Source of the DNA: Candidatus Anoxymicrobiaceae bacterium
GTDB lineage: Bacteria > Actinomycetota > Geothermincolia > Fen-727 > Anoxymicrobiaceae
Direction of reading: 5' to 3'
Length of the DNA stretch: 64,000 nucleotides
NCBI GenBank assembly: GCA_036845225.1
Contig: DAIUEJ010000005.1
Coordinates: 10,808-74,807, forward strand
This document shows positions 46,486 to 56,528 of the stretch, piece after piece (within the stretch, counting starts at the first letter, position 1; each line of letters begins with the position of its first letter). Made by a program: the position numbers and the translations under genes. Below the pieces are notes generated by a model that did no database searches, was not told the DNA's origin, and saw only the letters and a list, made by a program, of their open reading frames with translations.

Positions 46486-48291
46486 TCAACCTTCCAGCGT
46501 CATACCCTTCGGCGCCTTGAACCGCCTCTCAAGTGAGCCGTCTTTCTTGCGCTCGACGCGGGCCTCTATGAATCCGCCGGGGACAGGTACCCTCCCCTCG
46601 ACCCACTCGAGCCCGGACGGCCTCGGGTCGAACTTGAAGCTCCTGTAGCCGGGCCCCGAGGGCCGGATACCGAGCACGTATTTCGAAAGCAGCGGCAGCA
46701 CCCCGGCCGACCAGCCGTGGCACAGTGAGGTAAAGTGTCCATCCACCCCTCCCCTTCTTCCCGCCCATTCCCAGTAGGTCGTGGAAGGAGCGGTGTCGAC
46801 CATGGTGCCCCAGCACCGCCTGATGAGCTCCAGGGCGCCGGCGTCGTCCCCCGCGGCAAACCTGGCGAGGGCTTCGTAGTTGACCATGAACGGCACCACC
46901 CTCTTGTTGTGGGGCTGCAGGCCGGGGGTGAGTCGATAGTAAGGGATGTCCACGTTGGTCGAGCCCCAGGCGACCCACATCTTCTCACGGATGTAGTCGA
47001 GCACGCGCCGCGCCTCCTCCGGCTCCTCCGTGAGGCCCGCGATGATAGCGAGGACGTTGGCGTCCTGAGGCACCCGTCCCGGGTCCACGGTGGTATCGAC
47101 GAGGACGCCCTTGCCCTCGTCCCGCAGCTCGCGCTCGATGTTCTGCCCGAGCCTGAAAGCCCTCGAGACGTAGCCGATGGAGATGTCTTCCTCGCCGACC
47201 TCATGCGCTATGCTGGCCGCGCTGTTCAGCGCCCAGTAATACATGACGTTGGTGTAAGAAGGCTTTCCCAGGCGGAAGACGGTGAAGCACCACTCCCACA
47301 TATTGAGCGGTGTCTGGCGGAACAGCCCGCCGCGACATTGACCGTGAAGATAAGCGAGCGCCCTCTTGATGACAGGGAACATCTCGCGCATCAGTGCCTC
47401 GTCCCCGGTGTGCATGTAGTACTGGTAAAGGACCACGACCCACCACGCCACATAGTCGCCGAAGAACCCGCTGGCCACCCTCGCCGGGATGGGACCCGGG
47501 CTGCATGCGGGGATGTATCCGCTCTTCTCCTGGAAGGTGGAAAGCGACAGCGGGGAGTCCCTGATGGCGTCGGTCTCATACGTGCTCGCATATATGGCCG
47601 CGCCCGCCGGAGCGAGGTCGGCGGTCCAGACGAGCCTGTCCCGCTTGGCCCCGTCCACCACGACCCAGTCGCCTTCGGCTATCCTGTGCCTGGCGGCGAC
47701 GCCGCCGAGGGCCGGGTCCACGGTGCACATCTCCACTGTGTGCAGCCCCGCGTACCACGCCCTGTTGAGAAGCTCATCGCTGCACAGGAAGTACCCGCAT
47801 GAATCGAGGTCGCTGTGGTGGGGGGTGTAGGTCACCGAAGCGCTCTTCAACTCGACCTTGCCCGGCCGCTCGGGGTAGGCCCACAGATAGCGGAAACCCC
47901 CGCAGTGCGGCAGCTCGACCTGGCCGTTCTCCCTCGCCCGCACGTGGTGGTAGTAGATGATGGGGTCGGCGATGGCGGCCGCCTCAGCGACGAGCGGATT
48001 GAGCAGGTGCTGGAGGGATTCGACCGCCTGCACCCCGACCTTCCTGCAGTGCCCGGCCCCGAATGTCAGGCGAGGGTATCCACTGACCTCGCGCCCGAAA
48101 TCTATGAGAATACCCCTGTTCGACGTCGGGGTGATCCTGATCTCGAGGCCGGCGGCCTCCGAGTACGGTATCTGCTCGTAAGCTTTGCCGAAGACGTTCG
48201 CGGTGCCGAGGGTTGCGGGCGCGACGGACCTCGAGTCGGGCTCGAGCCAGAACTCTTTGATTGAGGCGGTTTCTCTGAGGATCCGTGGCAA
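46486..48291 (-). CDS. GH78-like alpha-L-rhamnosidase catalytic ((alpha/alpha)6 six-hairpin) domain protein
   Basis: LCSDELLNRAWYAGLHTVEMCT...VVDGAKRDRLVWTADL matches the rhamnosidase catalytic-domain N-terminal signature; 601 aa. Confidence 0.55.
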   Translation of the reverse strand: MPRILRETASIKEFWLEPDSRSVAPATLGTANVFGKAYEQIPYSEAAGLEIRITPTSNRGILIDFGREVSGYPRLTFGAGHCRKVGVQAVESLQHLLNPLVAEAAAIADPIIYYHHVRARENGQVELPHCGGFRYLWAYPERPGKVELKSASVTYTPHHSDLDSCGYFLCSDELLNRAWYAGLHTVEMCTVDPALGGVAARHRIAEGDWVVVDGAKRDRLVWTADLAPAGAAIYASTYETDAIRDSPLSLSTFQEKSGYIPACSPGPIPARVASGFFGDYVAWWVVVLYQYYMHTGDEALMREMFPVIKRALAYLHGQCRGGLFRQTPLNMWEWCFTVFRLGKPSYTNVMYYWALNSAASIAHEVGEEDISIGYVSRAFRLGQNIERELRDEGKGVLVDTTVDPGRVPQDANVLAIIAGLTEEPEEARRVLDYIREKMWVAWGSTNVDIPYYRLTPGLQPHNKRVVPFMVNYEALARFAAGDDAGALELIRRCWGTMVDTAPSTTYWEWAGRRGGVDGHFTSLCHGWSAGVLPLLSKYVLGIRPSGPGYRSFKFDPRPSGLEWVEGRVPVPGGFIEARVERKKDGSLERRFKAPKGMTLEG

Positions 48292-48430
48292 AGGACACCT
48301 TTCGACAATCCCGGCGAACGCGCACCAGATGCGCCGCCGGAGCCGGACCCGTCCTGCGCGGCTCGCGGCGCGCCTGTGCCACGCCGCGGCCCGGCATAGG
48401 ATAACTCAAACGAAATGCGTCAGACAAATA

Positions 48431-49273
48431 TCATCTCCTGGCGAGGAACTGCACGCGCCGGGTGTCTTCAGATACCTTCCAAAGGCCCCGGGCGTCGTAG
48501 CGCTCGACGTGCTCGAAGCCCGCCGCAGCGAGCGCGTCATCGATAACTCCGATGTCGTAGGCGCGCTCCCGGTGGACCTCCTCCGACATCTCGTAGAGGC
48601 CCTCCTCGCGCTTCAAGAAGTTGGTCATCTTCAGCGTGTTCACCCGCTCGTCGGGGTCCCAGGAGGATTCCCAGATCGAGACGCCGGCGCTCAGGCGGTG
48701 GATCATCACCGCCTCCGACCGGCCCGCTTCGAGCTCTCTTGCCGTGTTCATGTCGAACAGCGCGTAACCGCCGGGCTTGACGGAACGCCCGAACCGCGCC
48801 AGCGCCTCACGCAGGGCGCTCTCATCAGTCAGGTAGTTGAGCGAGTCGAAGTTGCAGGTGAGGAGGTCGACGGGCTCGGGAAGGGCCAGCTCGGTGAAGG
48901 ATTGCCTGATGAAAGAGATGTTCCCCCGGGCGCTTCTGGCCCGCGCCACTGCCAGCATCCGCTCCGAGATATCCACCGCATACACGCGCGAGCACCGCTC
49001 CCCGAGATACAGGGCGGCGAGTCCCGTGCCGCACGCGATGTCGGCGGCCACCTCGAAGCCGATCCCGTTCCTGTTCACCAGCCTTTCGAGGTTGTCGCGC
49101 CAGCACTCGAAGGCGGTGTTGCCAACCAGTTCGTCGTATATCCCGGCCAGGTCGTCGTATGCTTCTTCCACTGCCGGACAGCCTTTCTCTCCACCGCCTT
49201 CGCATCTGCGATTATCGCGCCGTACGGCAGCCTGCTCAAGCGCCGCCAGCGTGACAAGCCAATCAAACCCCAT
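48431..49273 (-). CDS. Class I SAM-dependent methyltransferase
   Basis: VAADIACGTGLAALYLGERCSRVYAVDISERML (motif I region). Confidence 0.75.
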   Translation of the reverse strand: MGFDWLVTLAALEQAAVRRDNRRCEGGGEKGCPAVEEAYDDLAGIYDELVGNTAFECWRDNLERLVNRNGIGFEVAADIACGTGLAALYLGERCSRVYAVDISERMLAVARARSARGNISFIRQSFTELALPEPVDLLTCNFDSLNYLTDESALREALARFGRSVKPGGYALFDMNTARELEAGRSEAVMIHRLSAGVSIWESSWDPDERVNTLKMTNFLKREEGLYEMSEEVHRERAYDIGVIDDALAAAGFEHVERYDARGLWKVSEDTRRVQFLARR

Positions 49274-49341
49274 TATGATAGTAGTTTCCGGGGCATAGCC
49301 TCTCGCGAGGAAACGCCGCGAGATGAGCGAAGGAGGGACAG

Positions 49342-49476
49342 ATGAAGGAGCGCAAGATCCACAAGCTGGAGAAGAAGGCCAAGAAGCTGGACAAGAAGGC
49401 GCGCAAGATCAGCAAGAAGTCCGGCAAGGCGACCAAGAAGGCCGAGAAGGCCAGGGGTAAGGCCTCCGCCGAGTAG
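49342..49476 (+). CDS. Small (44 aa) extremely Lys-rich basic protein, not in the supplied ORF track
   Basis: ATG preceded by a perfect SD aggaggg 5 nt upstream. Translation is MKERKIHKLEKKAKKLDKKARKISKKSGKATKKAEKARGKASAE, using aag/gcc codons as in host genes. Confidence 0.45.
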   Translation: MKERKIHKLEKKAKKLDKKARKISKKSGKATKKAEKARGKASAE

Positions 49477-49550
49477 CGATATTCCACCGCGTTCCCATCT
49501 GGGGCGGGGCCGCCGGCCGCTTCGCGCCGGTCCCCACGACTGGAGCAACT

Positions 49551-50633
49551 ATGAGAAAGTGCCGCCAGTGCGATTTTCCCAGGAAGTTCGCGCGGTTCTT
49601 CGACTGGCGAAGCGACGGCACGATCATCTCCACCGACAGCACCCGCACCCGCTCGCAGATAACCTTCCTCGAGGCGGGCGAGTTGGAGAGCCTCTTCAGG
49701 GACCTCTCTGAGACTATCGGCGTCAACATCGACCGTTTCCTCATCCAGGCTCAGAAGAACATCGGGAAAGCCGTCTACGCGAACCTCCCCATCAGGCACA
49801 TGAAGCGTGTGCCCGACAACCGTTTCTTCCGCCCGCAGTGGCTCGCCCGCCTGCTGGTCCGCGCGATTGCGACAGACATCGCGGGCCTGGGAGACGGACG
49901 GGTCAGCCTCGACCGCTACGTCGCGGGCAAGACCCTCGTGGTGCGGTTCAAGGACCCGGTGGTCAGCACCCTTCTCGTCGGCAGCCTCGCCGGCATCTAT
50001 GAATCCATCGAGGAGATGCCCAGCTCCAGCGTCGATTACCGGAACGAGAACGGCGACCTGGTGGTAATCCTCACCCACGGCGCCGAACGCCCCGAAGAGC
50101 AGGAGCGCCTCTACCTGGAAGAGGTCAAAGCGGGCGAAGGCCCTCTCGTGTGGGACAGGTGCTGTGACTGCCGCGTCCCGGTCGAAGCCGCGCGCACGTT
50201 CTCGTGGGACATCGACAGGGGGATGATCTCGAACAGGCAGACCGGCGAGAGAGACGTCGTGGTCGCGGTGCAGTCAGTGAACGCGATACTGCGCGAGCTC
50301 GAGGCCGAGCTGGGTGAGGACGTCGCACAGCTCGTCTACGACCACCAGAAGGCTTTCACTTTGAAAGACCTCGAGGGGGCAGCGGCCGACGACTCGGGCG
50401 CTTTTCTGAACAAGCAACTCATGGACATGGCGCTGCGAGGCCTGGGATACCCCGCCACCTTCGACTTCGACGGCGCTTCCGTCTCGGTGGCGATAACAAA
50501 CGCGTACAACCAGGTCCTGTACGCCGCCAAGATTGCCGCCGCCCTCGAGAAAGTGACGGGCAAGGCTTCAGACGTCGCCTGGGAGAAACGGGAGCCCGAC
50601 GACAGCGTCTACTCGATCACGACCGCCCCGTAG
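49551..50633 (+). CDS. Hypothetical protein (360 aa; N-terminal CxxC pair)
   Basis: MRKCRQCDFPRKF...; no confidently recognisable domain. Confidence 0.45.
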   Translation: MRKCRQCDFPRKFARFFDWRSDGTIISTDSTRTRSQITFLEAGELESLFRDLSETIGVNIDRFLIQAQKNIGKAVYANLPIRHMKRVPDNRFFRPQWLARLLVRAIATDIAGLGDGRVSLDRYVAGKTLVVRFKDPVVSTLLVGSLAGIYESIEEMPSSSVDYRNENGDLVVILTHGAERPEEQERLYLEEVKAGEGPLVWDRCCDCRVPVEAARTFSWDIDRGMISNRQTGERDVVVAVQSVNAILRELEAELGEDVAQLVYDHQKAFTLKDLEGAAADDSGAFLNKQLMDMALRGLGYPATFDFDGASVSVAITNAYNQVLYAAKIAAALEKVTGKASDVAWEKREPDDSVYSITTAP

Positions 50634-50735
50634 GCCCGCACGTCCGGGCTCATTCCAGCCTGAAATATCTCTTGAGGCGCCATCGCGCCATGGGGGTCTG
50701 ATCACTTTCGCCCGACCGGGCGACTAGCGAGGGCC

Positions 50736-50930
50736 TCACCTGAAACGGCCGCGCTCGGGAGGCGCGCACCAGCGCCCGTCCGGCCCCGGGATCAGGTAGG
50801 TCCAGAACACCTTCCTGATCACTCCCGTCCTGCACGTCAAGCACATCCTGCCGGTCGAGTCCTCCCCCTGCCTCTGCAGCCTCTGGGTCCTCTCGCCGCA
50901 CATTGTGCACTCGTACTCGTAGATGGGCAA
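50736..50930 (-). CDS. FmdB-family zinc-ribbon putative regulatory protein
   Basis: MPIYEYECTMCGERTQ...CLTCRTG. Confidence 0.7.
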   Translation of the reverse strand: MPIYEYECTMCGERTQRLQRQGEDSTGRMCLTCRTGVIRKVFWTYLIPGPDGRWCAPPERGRFR

Positions 50931-50963
50931 CTGGCCACCCTTCCGGCCGGCGGCGCCGGCCTC

Positions 50964-51959
50964 TTAAGACGGAATGAAGTCGCTCTCCCGGACCTCGTCC
51001 AGCGCGATGGCCCCGGTCGGGCAGACTACCTGGCACAGGCCGCAGCCCATGCACGCCTCTGCGTCTATCATGGCCCCCGCCGACTCGTCCTCCATCGAGA
51101 GCGCTCCGAAATAACAGCGCTCCAGGCAGTCTCCGCAGGAGTCGCAAAGGCTTGCGTCGACTCTCGCTGCGAACCTCGAAGGGTCACACATCTTGAGCTG
51201 ACGGTTTATCAACATGGGGAACGTCATGCAACAGTCGTTGCAGCAGTTGCAGATGAAGTGGGTGTCCGCGGCCCGGTTCATGGTGACGTGGATGAGGCCG
51301 GCCTGCTCGGCTTTCTTCAGGAGCTGCAGGGCTTCTTCCTTCGAGAGCTCTCTTCCCGTTCCGCGGTCTATCGAGTAGGCGCCGGCTTTGCCGAGCTGCA
51401 TGCAGATCTCGACCGGGCGGTCGCACTTGTGCGCGGTCAGCCGGCAGGTGCAGTTGGTCACCGCTATCACGTCAGCCTCGTCGATCATCTGCCTGACGTC
51501 CTCGAAAGCGAGGATCTGCTGGCGCGCTTCGAGCGCCTCGCTGACCGGGATAATCCGCGTAACGGGGCGTGGCAGCATCTTCTCGACCATCTCCGAGAAG
51601 GCGGGCCACTCCTCCTCCATGAACTCCTGCCAGAGGTCCAGGTAGCTGCGGGGCGCCTCCGGCCAGAGTATGGAAGCGTCATGGAACTGCATAAGGTCGC
51701 GGCACATCCGGTACAGGGTCCCTTCGGGGGTCTCCTTCTTGAACGCCAGGCCTTTCCGGTAGAGGTCGTCGAGCATCCCGGCCGCTTTCGTCTCCTCGAT
51801 GCCGAACTGCCCCGCGACGGCCGTCGCCGTGCCCGGGAGCGCCAGCAGGACATCGGCTTCCTCGGGCGGCGCTATGGCCTCGAACAGCATCGGGATCAGG
51901 CGCGAGTTGCCCATGAAGATCTTGTCGGCGAGCTTTGTGTACCGGTCATCCATATCCAT
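50964..51959 (-). CDS. Cys-rich 4Fe-4S dicluster domain-containing protein
   Basis: C-terminal CDSCGDCLERC...CMGCGLCQVVCPTGAI; additional Cys cluster HFICNCCNDCC. Confidence 0.6.
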   Translation of the reverse strand: MDMDDRYTKLADKIFMGNSRLIPMLFEAIAPPEEADVLLALPGTATAVAGQFGIEETKAAGMLDDLYRKGLAFKKETPEGTLYRMCRDLMQFHDASILWPEAPRSYLDLWQEFMEEEWPAFSEMVEKMLPRPVTRIIPVSEALEARQQILAFEDVRQMIDEADVIAVTNCTCRLTAHKCDRPVEICMQLGKAGAYSIDRGTGRELSKEEALQLLKKAEQAGLIHVTMNRAADTHFICNCCNDCCMTFPMLINRQLKMCDPSRFAARVDASLCDSCGDCLERCYFGALSMEDESAGAMIDAEACMGCGLCQVVCPTGAIALDEVRESDFIPS

Positions 51960-52082
51960 GTCTCGACCCCCTGTGCTCTTCTCCGTTGATTACGTATATT
52001 AGCAGCGTGCCCGCGTTCTGCCCCTGACATAAATCAACCCGCGGGATAAACGCTCCTCGAGCGCTGCCTCCGAACGCTGCCC

Positions 52083-52649
52083 TCAGGGCATCAGGTCGGT
52101 GGCGGTCCTGACGTAGATGTCGTAGTCGCGCTTTCCGAAACAGCAGCAGATGACCTTCTCGACGCTCTCGTCCTTTTCCAGGAAAGCCTTGATCTCACCG
52201 ATAGCGATCTCGGTCGCCCTGTCGATCGGGAAACTGTAGACGCCCGTGCTGATCGCCGGAAACGCGATGGTCTTCACCTCGTTCTCGACCGCGAGCCGCA
52301 GGCTGTTGCGGTAGCAGTCCGCCAGCAGTCCTTCCTCGTTGCTGGAGCCCCCGTGCCACACCGGGCCCACGGTGTGGATGACGAACTTCGCCGGCAGGTT
52401 GTGGCCAGCTGTTATCTTCGCCTCGCCGGTCCGGGCCCCACCGAGCGTCCGTGTCTCGGCCAGCAAGCCCGGGCCCGCCGCCCTGTGGATGGCGCCGTCC
52501 ACCCCGCCGCCGCCGAGCAGGCTCTTGTTGGCCGCGTTGACTATGGCGTCGACCTCGAGCCGGGTGATGTCGCCTTCAATGATGTCGACGCGTCCGTTCA
52601 GGAATTCCACCGGAGCCCCCTTTTTGAAGTGACGAGCGAAGTATATCAA
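52083..52649 (-). CDS. Macro-domain protein (O-acetyl-ADP-ribose deacetylase-like)
   Basis: [34 protein letters not shown] macro signature. Confidence 0.85.
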   Translation of the reverse strand: MIYFARHFKKGAPVEFLNGRVDIIEGDITRLEVDAIVNAANKSLLGGGGVDGAIHRAAGPGLLAETRTLGGARTGEAKITAGHNLPAKFVIHTVGPVWHGGSSNEEGLLADCYRNSLRLAVENEVKTIAFPAISTGVYSFPIDRATEIAIGEIKAFLEKDESVEKVICCCFGKRDYDIYVRTATDLMP

Positions 52650-52738
52650 ACAGGCAGGGTCGGACCGCTTGCCGTTGAATGAGTAGGTTGCTTTGACTGT
52701 CTAGATCACAGGGAGGTGGCGAGGTGGAGAACCCGGAG

Positions 52739-52864
52739 ATGGATTTCCTGCAGTATCTGTTGAAGCGCTTCATCGCCAACGAGGACATCGATGTCGAGAA
52801 GTGCACGGTCAAGGACCTGCTTGACAGGCTGATGGAAGAGATGACCCCTATCGGCGGCGGTTGA
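52739..52864 (+). CDS. Possible small ORF (41 aa) in the macro/pknB intergenic gap
   Basis: SD-like gggaggtgg upstream; MDFLQYLLKRFIANEDIDVEKCTVKDLLDRLMEEMTPIGGG; alternative GTG start at 52724. Confidence 0.25.
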   Translation: MDFLQYLLKRFIANEDIDVEKCTVKDLLDRLMEEMTPIGGG

Positions 52865-52898
52865 TACCGTACACGCCGGCGAGCGAAAATATCACGGG

Positions 52899-54563
52899 TT
52901 AAGGCTGGGGCGCTGGAAGGACCGGCCTTGACCCGTTCTGCTGCGACGGCGGCAGCGGTGTGGAGCCGTTGGGAGGCTCGACGAAGTCCTTCGGCCTCAC
53001 GCCGTTGTTCACGATCATGGTGACCGTTTCACCGTACGCCAGCAGAGTGCCTGGCGCCGGCCTCGTAGCTACGACGCTGCCCACTGGTATCGTCGTGCTG
53101 AAGCCGGTCTCCTGCTTGACCTTGAACTGGTAGGAGATAAGCGTTTCCCTCGCCTGCTGGGCCGGCATCCCGATGACGTCCTTCGGCACCTGAGCGACCT
53201 TGTTTCCGAGGCTTACCTCGATGTTGACCTTGCTGTTCCGGGGTACCCTGGTGCCGTCGTTCGGCCTCTGTTTCGAGACCCGTCCCCTCGCGAACTCATA
53301 AGCGAAGACATCCTCTACGGTGCCGGTCTTGAGCCCCTCTTTCCTGATTGTCTGGACGGCCACGTTCCGCTCGAGATTGATAAGGTACGGGACTTTCACC
53401 TCGGACGAGTTGAAGGCGCCGAACACGAAGAGCAGCAGCACCGCCAACCCCGCGAGCGCGGCGGCCCCGCCCCCGACCGCGATGCCCTTCCAGTGCCGCC
53501 GCACGAAGCCTCGCTTCCCTGAGCCCTCGCTCTCGAGGTCACGGCTGAACTGGAGTATCTCGGTCCGCGTGACGTCGGCCTCCGGCTCCGCGGGCTCGCC
53601 GCCTCCGGCGACGGTCAGGGCCTCGGCCATCACGCCCGTCGCCGCGGCATCGTCTCGGGAAGCCTTCGGGGCCCTGGCTCTCTTTCGCCTGCGGTCCGGC
53701 GCGGCCTCCCCCTCCAGGTCCAGGCTCTCGGCGGCCGCCGCAAGGGCTCGACGTGCGTCGCCGCCGTCCTGGTAGCGGTCGTCAGGGTCTTTCGCGAGCA
53801 TCCCGGCCACGACCTCGTCGATCTGCGCCGGCACCGCTTCGTTCAGGGTGGACGGCGGCTTCGGGTCCTCGGACATGATCCTGTATATGACGCGCACGAA
53901 AGACTCGAAGGCGTTATCGGGGCCGAACGGCCTGACGCCGGTCAGCATCTCGTAGAACACCGCGCCGAAAGAGAACACGTCGGTGCGCTTGTCGGCGGGC
54001 TTTCCGTCGATCACCTCGGGGGCGATATAACCCGGGCTTCCCATCACCGTTCCGCTCTGGGTGATGGTCGTCGACGCCTGGACCCTGGCCAGGCCGAAGT
54101 CGACGAGCTTAACGCCGTCGGAGCCGGAGAGGAAGATGTTGTCGGGCTTCACGTCGCGGTGGATGACCTCGCGGGAGTGAGCGTATTCGAGCCCCGCCAG
54201 CACCTGGTCGGCAACCTGTATCGCCTGCCCGAGGGGCATCGGCTCACCGGAGATGACCTCGGAGAGGGGCACGCCCTCGAGGAACTCCATCGAGATGAAG
54301 TGCCTGTCTTTAGCTTTGGAGATGTCGTGGATTATCACCACGTTCTGGTGTGATAGGCCGGCCGCGGCGCGTGCCTCGCGGTAGAAGCGGTCGACAAGGT
54401 GCTGCTTCTCGTCCTCGGTGAGGCCGTCCGGTATCGACATGACCTTGAGCGCCACGTCGCGCCTCAGCAGGTTGTCACGTGCGAGGTACACGACGCCGAA
54501 AGCGCCCCGGCCAATCTCGCGCTCGATCTTATATCGCGGGCCTTGGATCTCGGACACGGGCAC
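52899..54563 (-). CDS. Ser/Thr protein kinase with TM segment and C-terminal PASTA repeats (PknB-like)
   Basis: Kinase subdomains (GRGAFGVVY; HRDVKPDNIFL; DFGLA), Ala/Pro-rich linker, TM segment, PASTA-like repeats. Confidence 0.85.
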   Translation of the reverse strand: MPVSEIQGPRYKIEREIGRGAFGVVYLARDNLLRRDVALKVMSIPDGLTEDEKQHLVDRFYREARAAAGLSHQNVVIIHDISKAKDRHFISMEFLEGVPLSEVISGEPMPLGQAIQVADQVLAGLEYAHSREVIHRDVKPDNIFLSGSDGVKLVDFGLARVQASTTITQSGTVMGSPGYIAPEVIDGKPADKRTDVFSFGAVFYEMLTGVRPFGPDNAFESFVRVIYRIMSEDPKPPSTLNEAVPAQIDEVVAGMLAKDPDDRYQDGGDARRALAAAAESLDLEGEAAPDRRRKRARAPKASRDDAAATGVMAEALTVAGGGEPAEPEADVTRTEILQFSRDLESEGSGKRGFVRRHWKGIAVGGGAAALAGLAVLLLFVFGAFNSSEVKVPYLINLERNVAVQTIRKEGLKTGTVEDVFAYEFARGRVSKQRPNDGTRVPRNSKVNIEVSLGNKVAQVPKDVIGMPAQQARETLISYQFKVKQETGFSTTIPVGSVVATRPAPGTLLAYGETVTMIVNNGVRPKDFVEPPNGSTPLPPSQQNGSRPVLPAPQP

Positions 54564-54669
54564 CAGCGAAGATGTCTGAGGCTTCTCTGCGTGCCCGAAT
54601 TATAGACCTCGCGCGCCGGTCTCACAATTGACGGGACCCGGGGTTGTGCCATGTGACGTGAGGCACCGG

Positions 54670-55608
54670 TCAGTGATGCTCGGCGACCGGCTCGACCTTT
54701 ATCTCGGGGAAAGCCTTCGCGAAGCTCTCGGGCTCCGCCAGCCCGGGCCCGGAGTTCATTACCGCCGACACCGAACAGGCGAGCCCGATGTGGAACACGC
54801 GCTCGAGAGGAAGGTTCTGGACAATGCCCATGACGAGCCCGGCGACCATGGAGTCCCCGGCGCCGACGGTGTCCGCGCTTATCACCGGCACGGTCCCCTT
54901 GAGGGCCACGTCGCGCGTCACCAGCAGGGCCCCTTTCTTGCCCATGGACACCACCACGATCTCGACTCCCTTCTCGTTCAGCGTCCGCGCGTGTGACACT
55001 ATGTCGTCCTCGGAGGCGAGCTCGACCCCGACCATCTCGCCGAACTCGGTGATGTTGGGCTTGATCAGGTATGGCCCCGCCTCGATCGCGGCGACCAGGG
55101 GCCCACCCTCCGAGTCGACGATCACCTTCGAGCCGCGCGCCTTGCCTTCCACGGTTATCGAGTAGTAGATATCGTCCTGCACTCCGGGCGGGAGTGAGCC
55201 TGACAGCACCAGCACCTCAGGCGCCTGCGCGATCTGGAACACCAGGTTGCTGATCCTCTCTGTCTCGGTCTTCTCGACGGGAGGCCCGGCCGCGCGTATC
55301 ATGAGCTCCTTGCCGTCACGCTGCCCGATGATGATGACGTTGGTCCGCGTCTCGTTCTTGATGCGCACGATCTGCAGGATGAGCCCTTCCGCCTGCAGGA
55401 GGTCGAGAACCTCGTCTCCGACGTGCCCGCCTGCCACGCTCATCGTGACGGAATCCGTGCCCATGGCCCGCAAGGCCCTCGACACGTTGATGCCTTTGCC
55501 CCCTGGGCTCTTCAGGACCTGGACAGCCTTCACCGGCTCGCCGAACTCGAACTTGTCGAGCACGTAAGTTATGTCGAGTGTGGGGTTGAGCGTCACAGTG
55601 TAGATCAT
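54670..55608 (-). CDS. PfkB-family sugar kinase (1-phosphofructokinase/tagatose-6-P kinase-like)
   Basis: MIYTVTLNPTLDITY...SPGGKGINVS...DTVGAGDSMVAG. Confidence 0.8.
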   Translation of the reverse strand: MIYTVTLNPTLDITYVLDKFEFGEPVKAVQVLKSPGGKGINVSRALRAMGTDSVTMSVAGGHVGDEVLDLLQAEGLILQIVRIKNETRTNVIIIGQRDGKELMIRAAGPPVEKTETERISNLVFQIAQAPEVLVLSGSLPPGVQDDIYYSITVEGKARGSKVIVDSEGGPLVAAIEAGPYLIKPNITEFGEMVGVELASEDDIVSHARTLNEKGVEIVVVSMGKKGALLVTRDVALKGTVPVISADTVGAGDSMVAGLVMGIVQNLPLERVFHIGLACSVSAVMNSGPGLAEPESFAKAFPEIKVEPVAEHH

Positions 55609-55826
55609 CGCGCCCCCGCAACCTCCCTGGGATCCCGTCGTGCCTTGGATGATACCACCCGGGCATCACTTCCTTTCCTTCGAGGCCCGCGGTGCTATGC
55701 CTCCATGGGGCTCGCGCCGGTTCGTCCGGTTCCCTGCAACTTTCCGCGCTCTCTCAAAAGGTGGACTCCGCGCTGCCGAAGAAATAAAGACGGGCGCCGG
55801 AGAACAGCCGAAAAGGCGGCAGCGTT

Positions 55827-56489
55827 ATGCATAACACAACGTGGGAAATCACAATACGTATCCTGCTGTCGCTCGTGCTCGGCGGCCTCGTGGGCATGGA
55901 GCGAGAGCTGACAGACCACCCCGCGGGCATCCGCACGCACATCCTCGTCACGGTCGGCGCGTGCGCCTTCACCACCATGTCTCTCTTCGGGTTTCCGGGC
56001 TTCCTGGGCGGGGACCGTGTCGCCGCGGCTATCGTCACCGGCATAGGCTTCATAGGTGGCGGCGCCATCCTGAAGGCAAAAGACGGCTGGGTGACCGGGC
56101 TCACTACCGCGGCAAGCCTCTGGAGCGTCGCCGCTGTCGGCATGCTCGTCGGGACTGGTTTCTATGCGGTCGGAGCCATCGTGACCGGGATCGACCTCGT
56201 GGTGCTCGAGTTCATCGACTGGGTCGTCGATAAGCTGGCGCCGAAATACAAGAGCCGGAAGCTGCCGGTGGAAGTCGCCGGCGCGCATTCAGCAGACAGC
56301 CTCAACTCGGTGCTCGACGTCCTGCGCAGCGGCGGGTGCTCCCCCGAGCTCGTCCGGTACAACCGCCACGAGGACGGCACTAGATTCGACATGTCCCTGG
56401 TCGCGAAGATCGCCAGTGACACGGACTTGCAGAAACTCACGGAAGACATCTACCGGGTCACTGGCGTGAGCGACGTGCTCTGGGGATGA
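55827..56489 (+). CDS. MgtC/SapB family membrane protein
   Basis: ILLSLVLGGLVGMERE...; MgtC N-terminal TM domain plus C-terminal ACT-like domain. Confidence 0.8.
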   Translation: MHNTTWEITIRILLSLVLGGLVGMERELTDHPAGIRTHILVTVGACAFTTMSLFGFPGFLGGDRVAAAIVTGIGFIGGGAILKAKDGWVTGLTTAASLWSVAAVGMLVGTGFYAVGAIVTGIDLVVLEFIDWVVDKLAPKYKSRKLPVEVAGAHSADSLNSVLDVLRSGGCSPELVRYNRHEDGTRFDMSLVAKIASDTDLQKLTEDIYRVTGVSDVLWG

Positions 56490-56528
56490 GCCCTCCTCTC
56501 ACTTCAACAAGGTAAGCGGACCCCGCCA

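Noticed and set aside
55609-55826. Mg2+ (M-box) riboswitch upstream of mgtC
   Set aside because: The 218-nt leader is long enough, but none of the conserved M-box motifs were recognisable.
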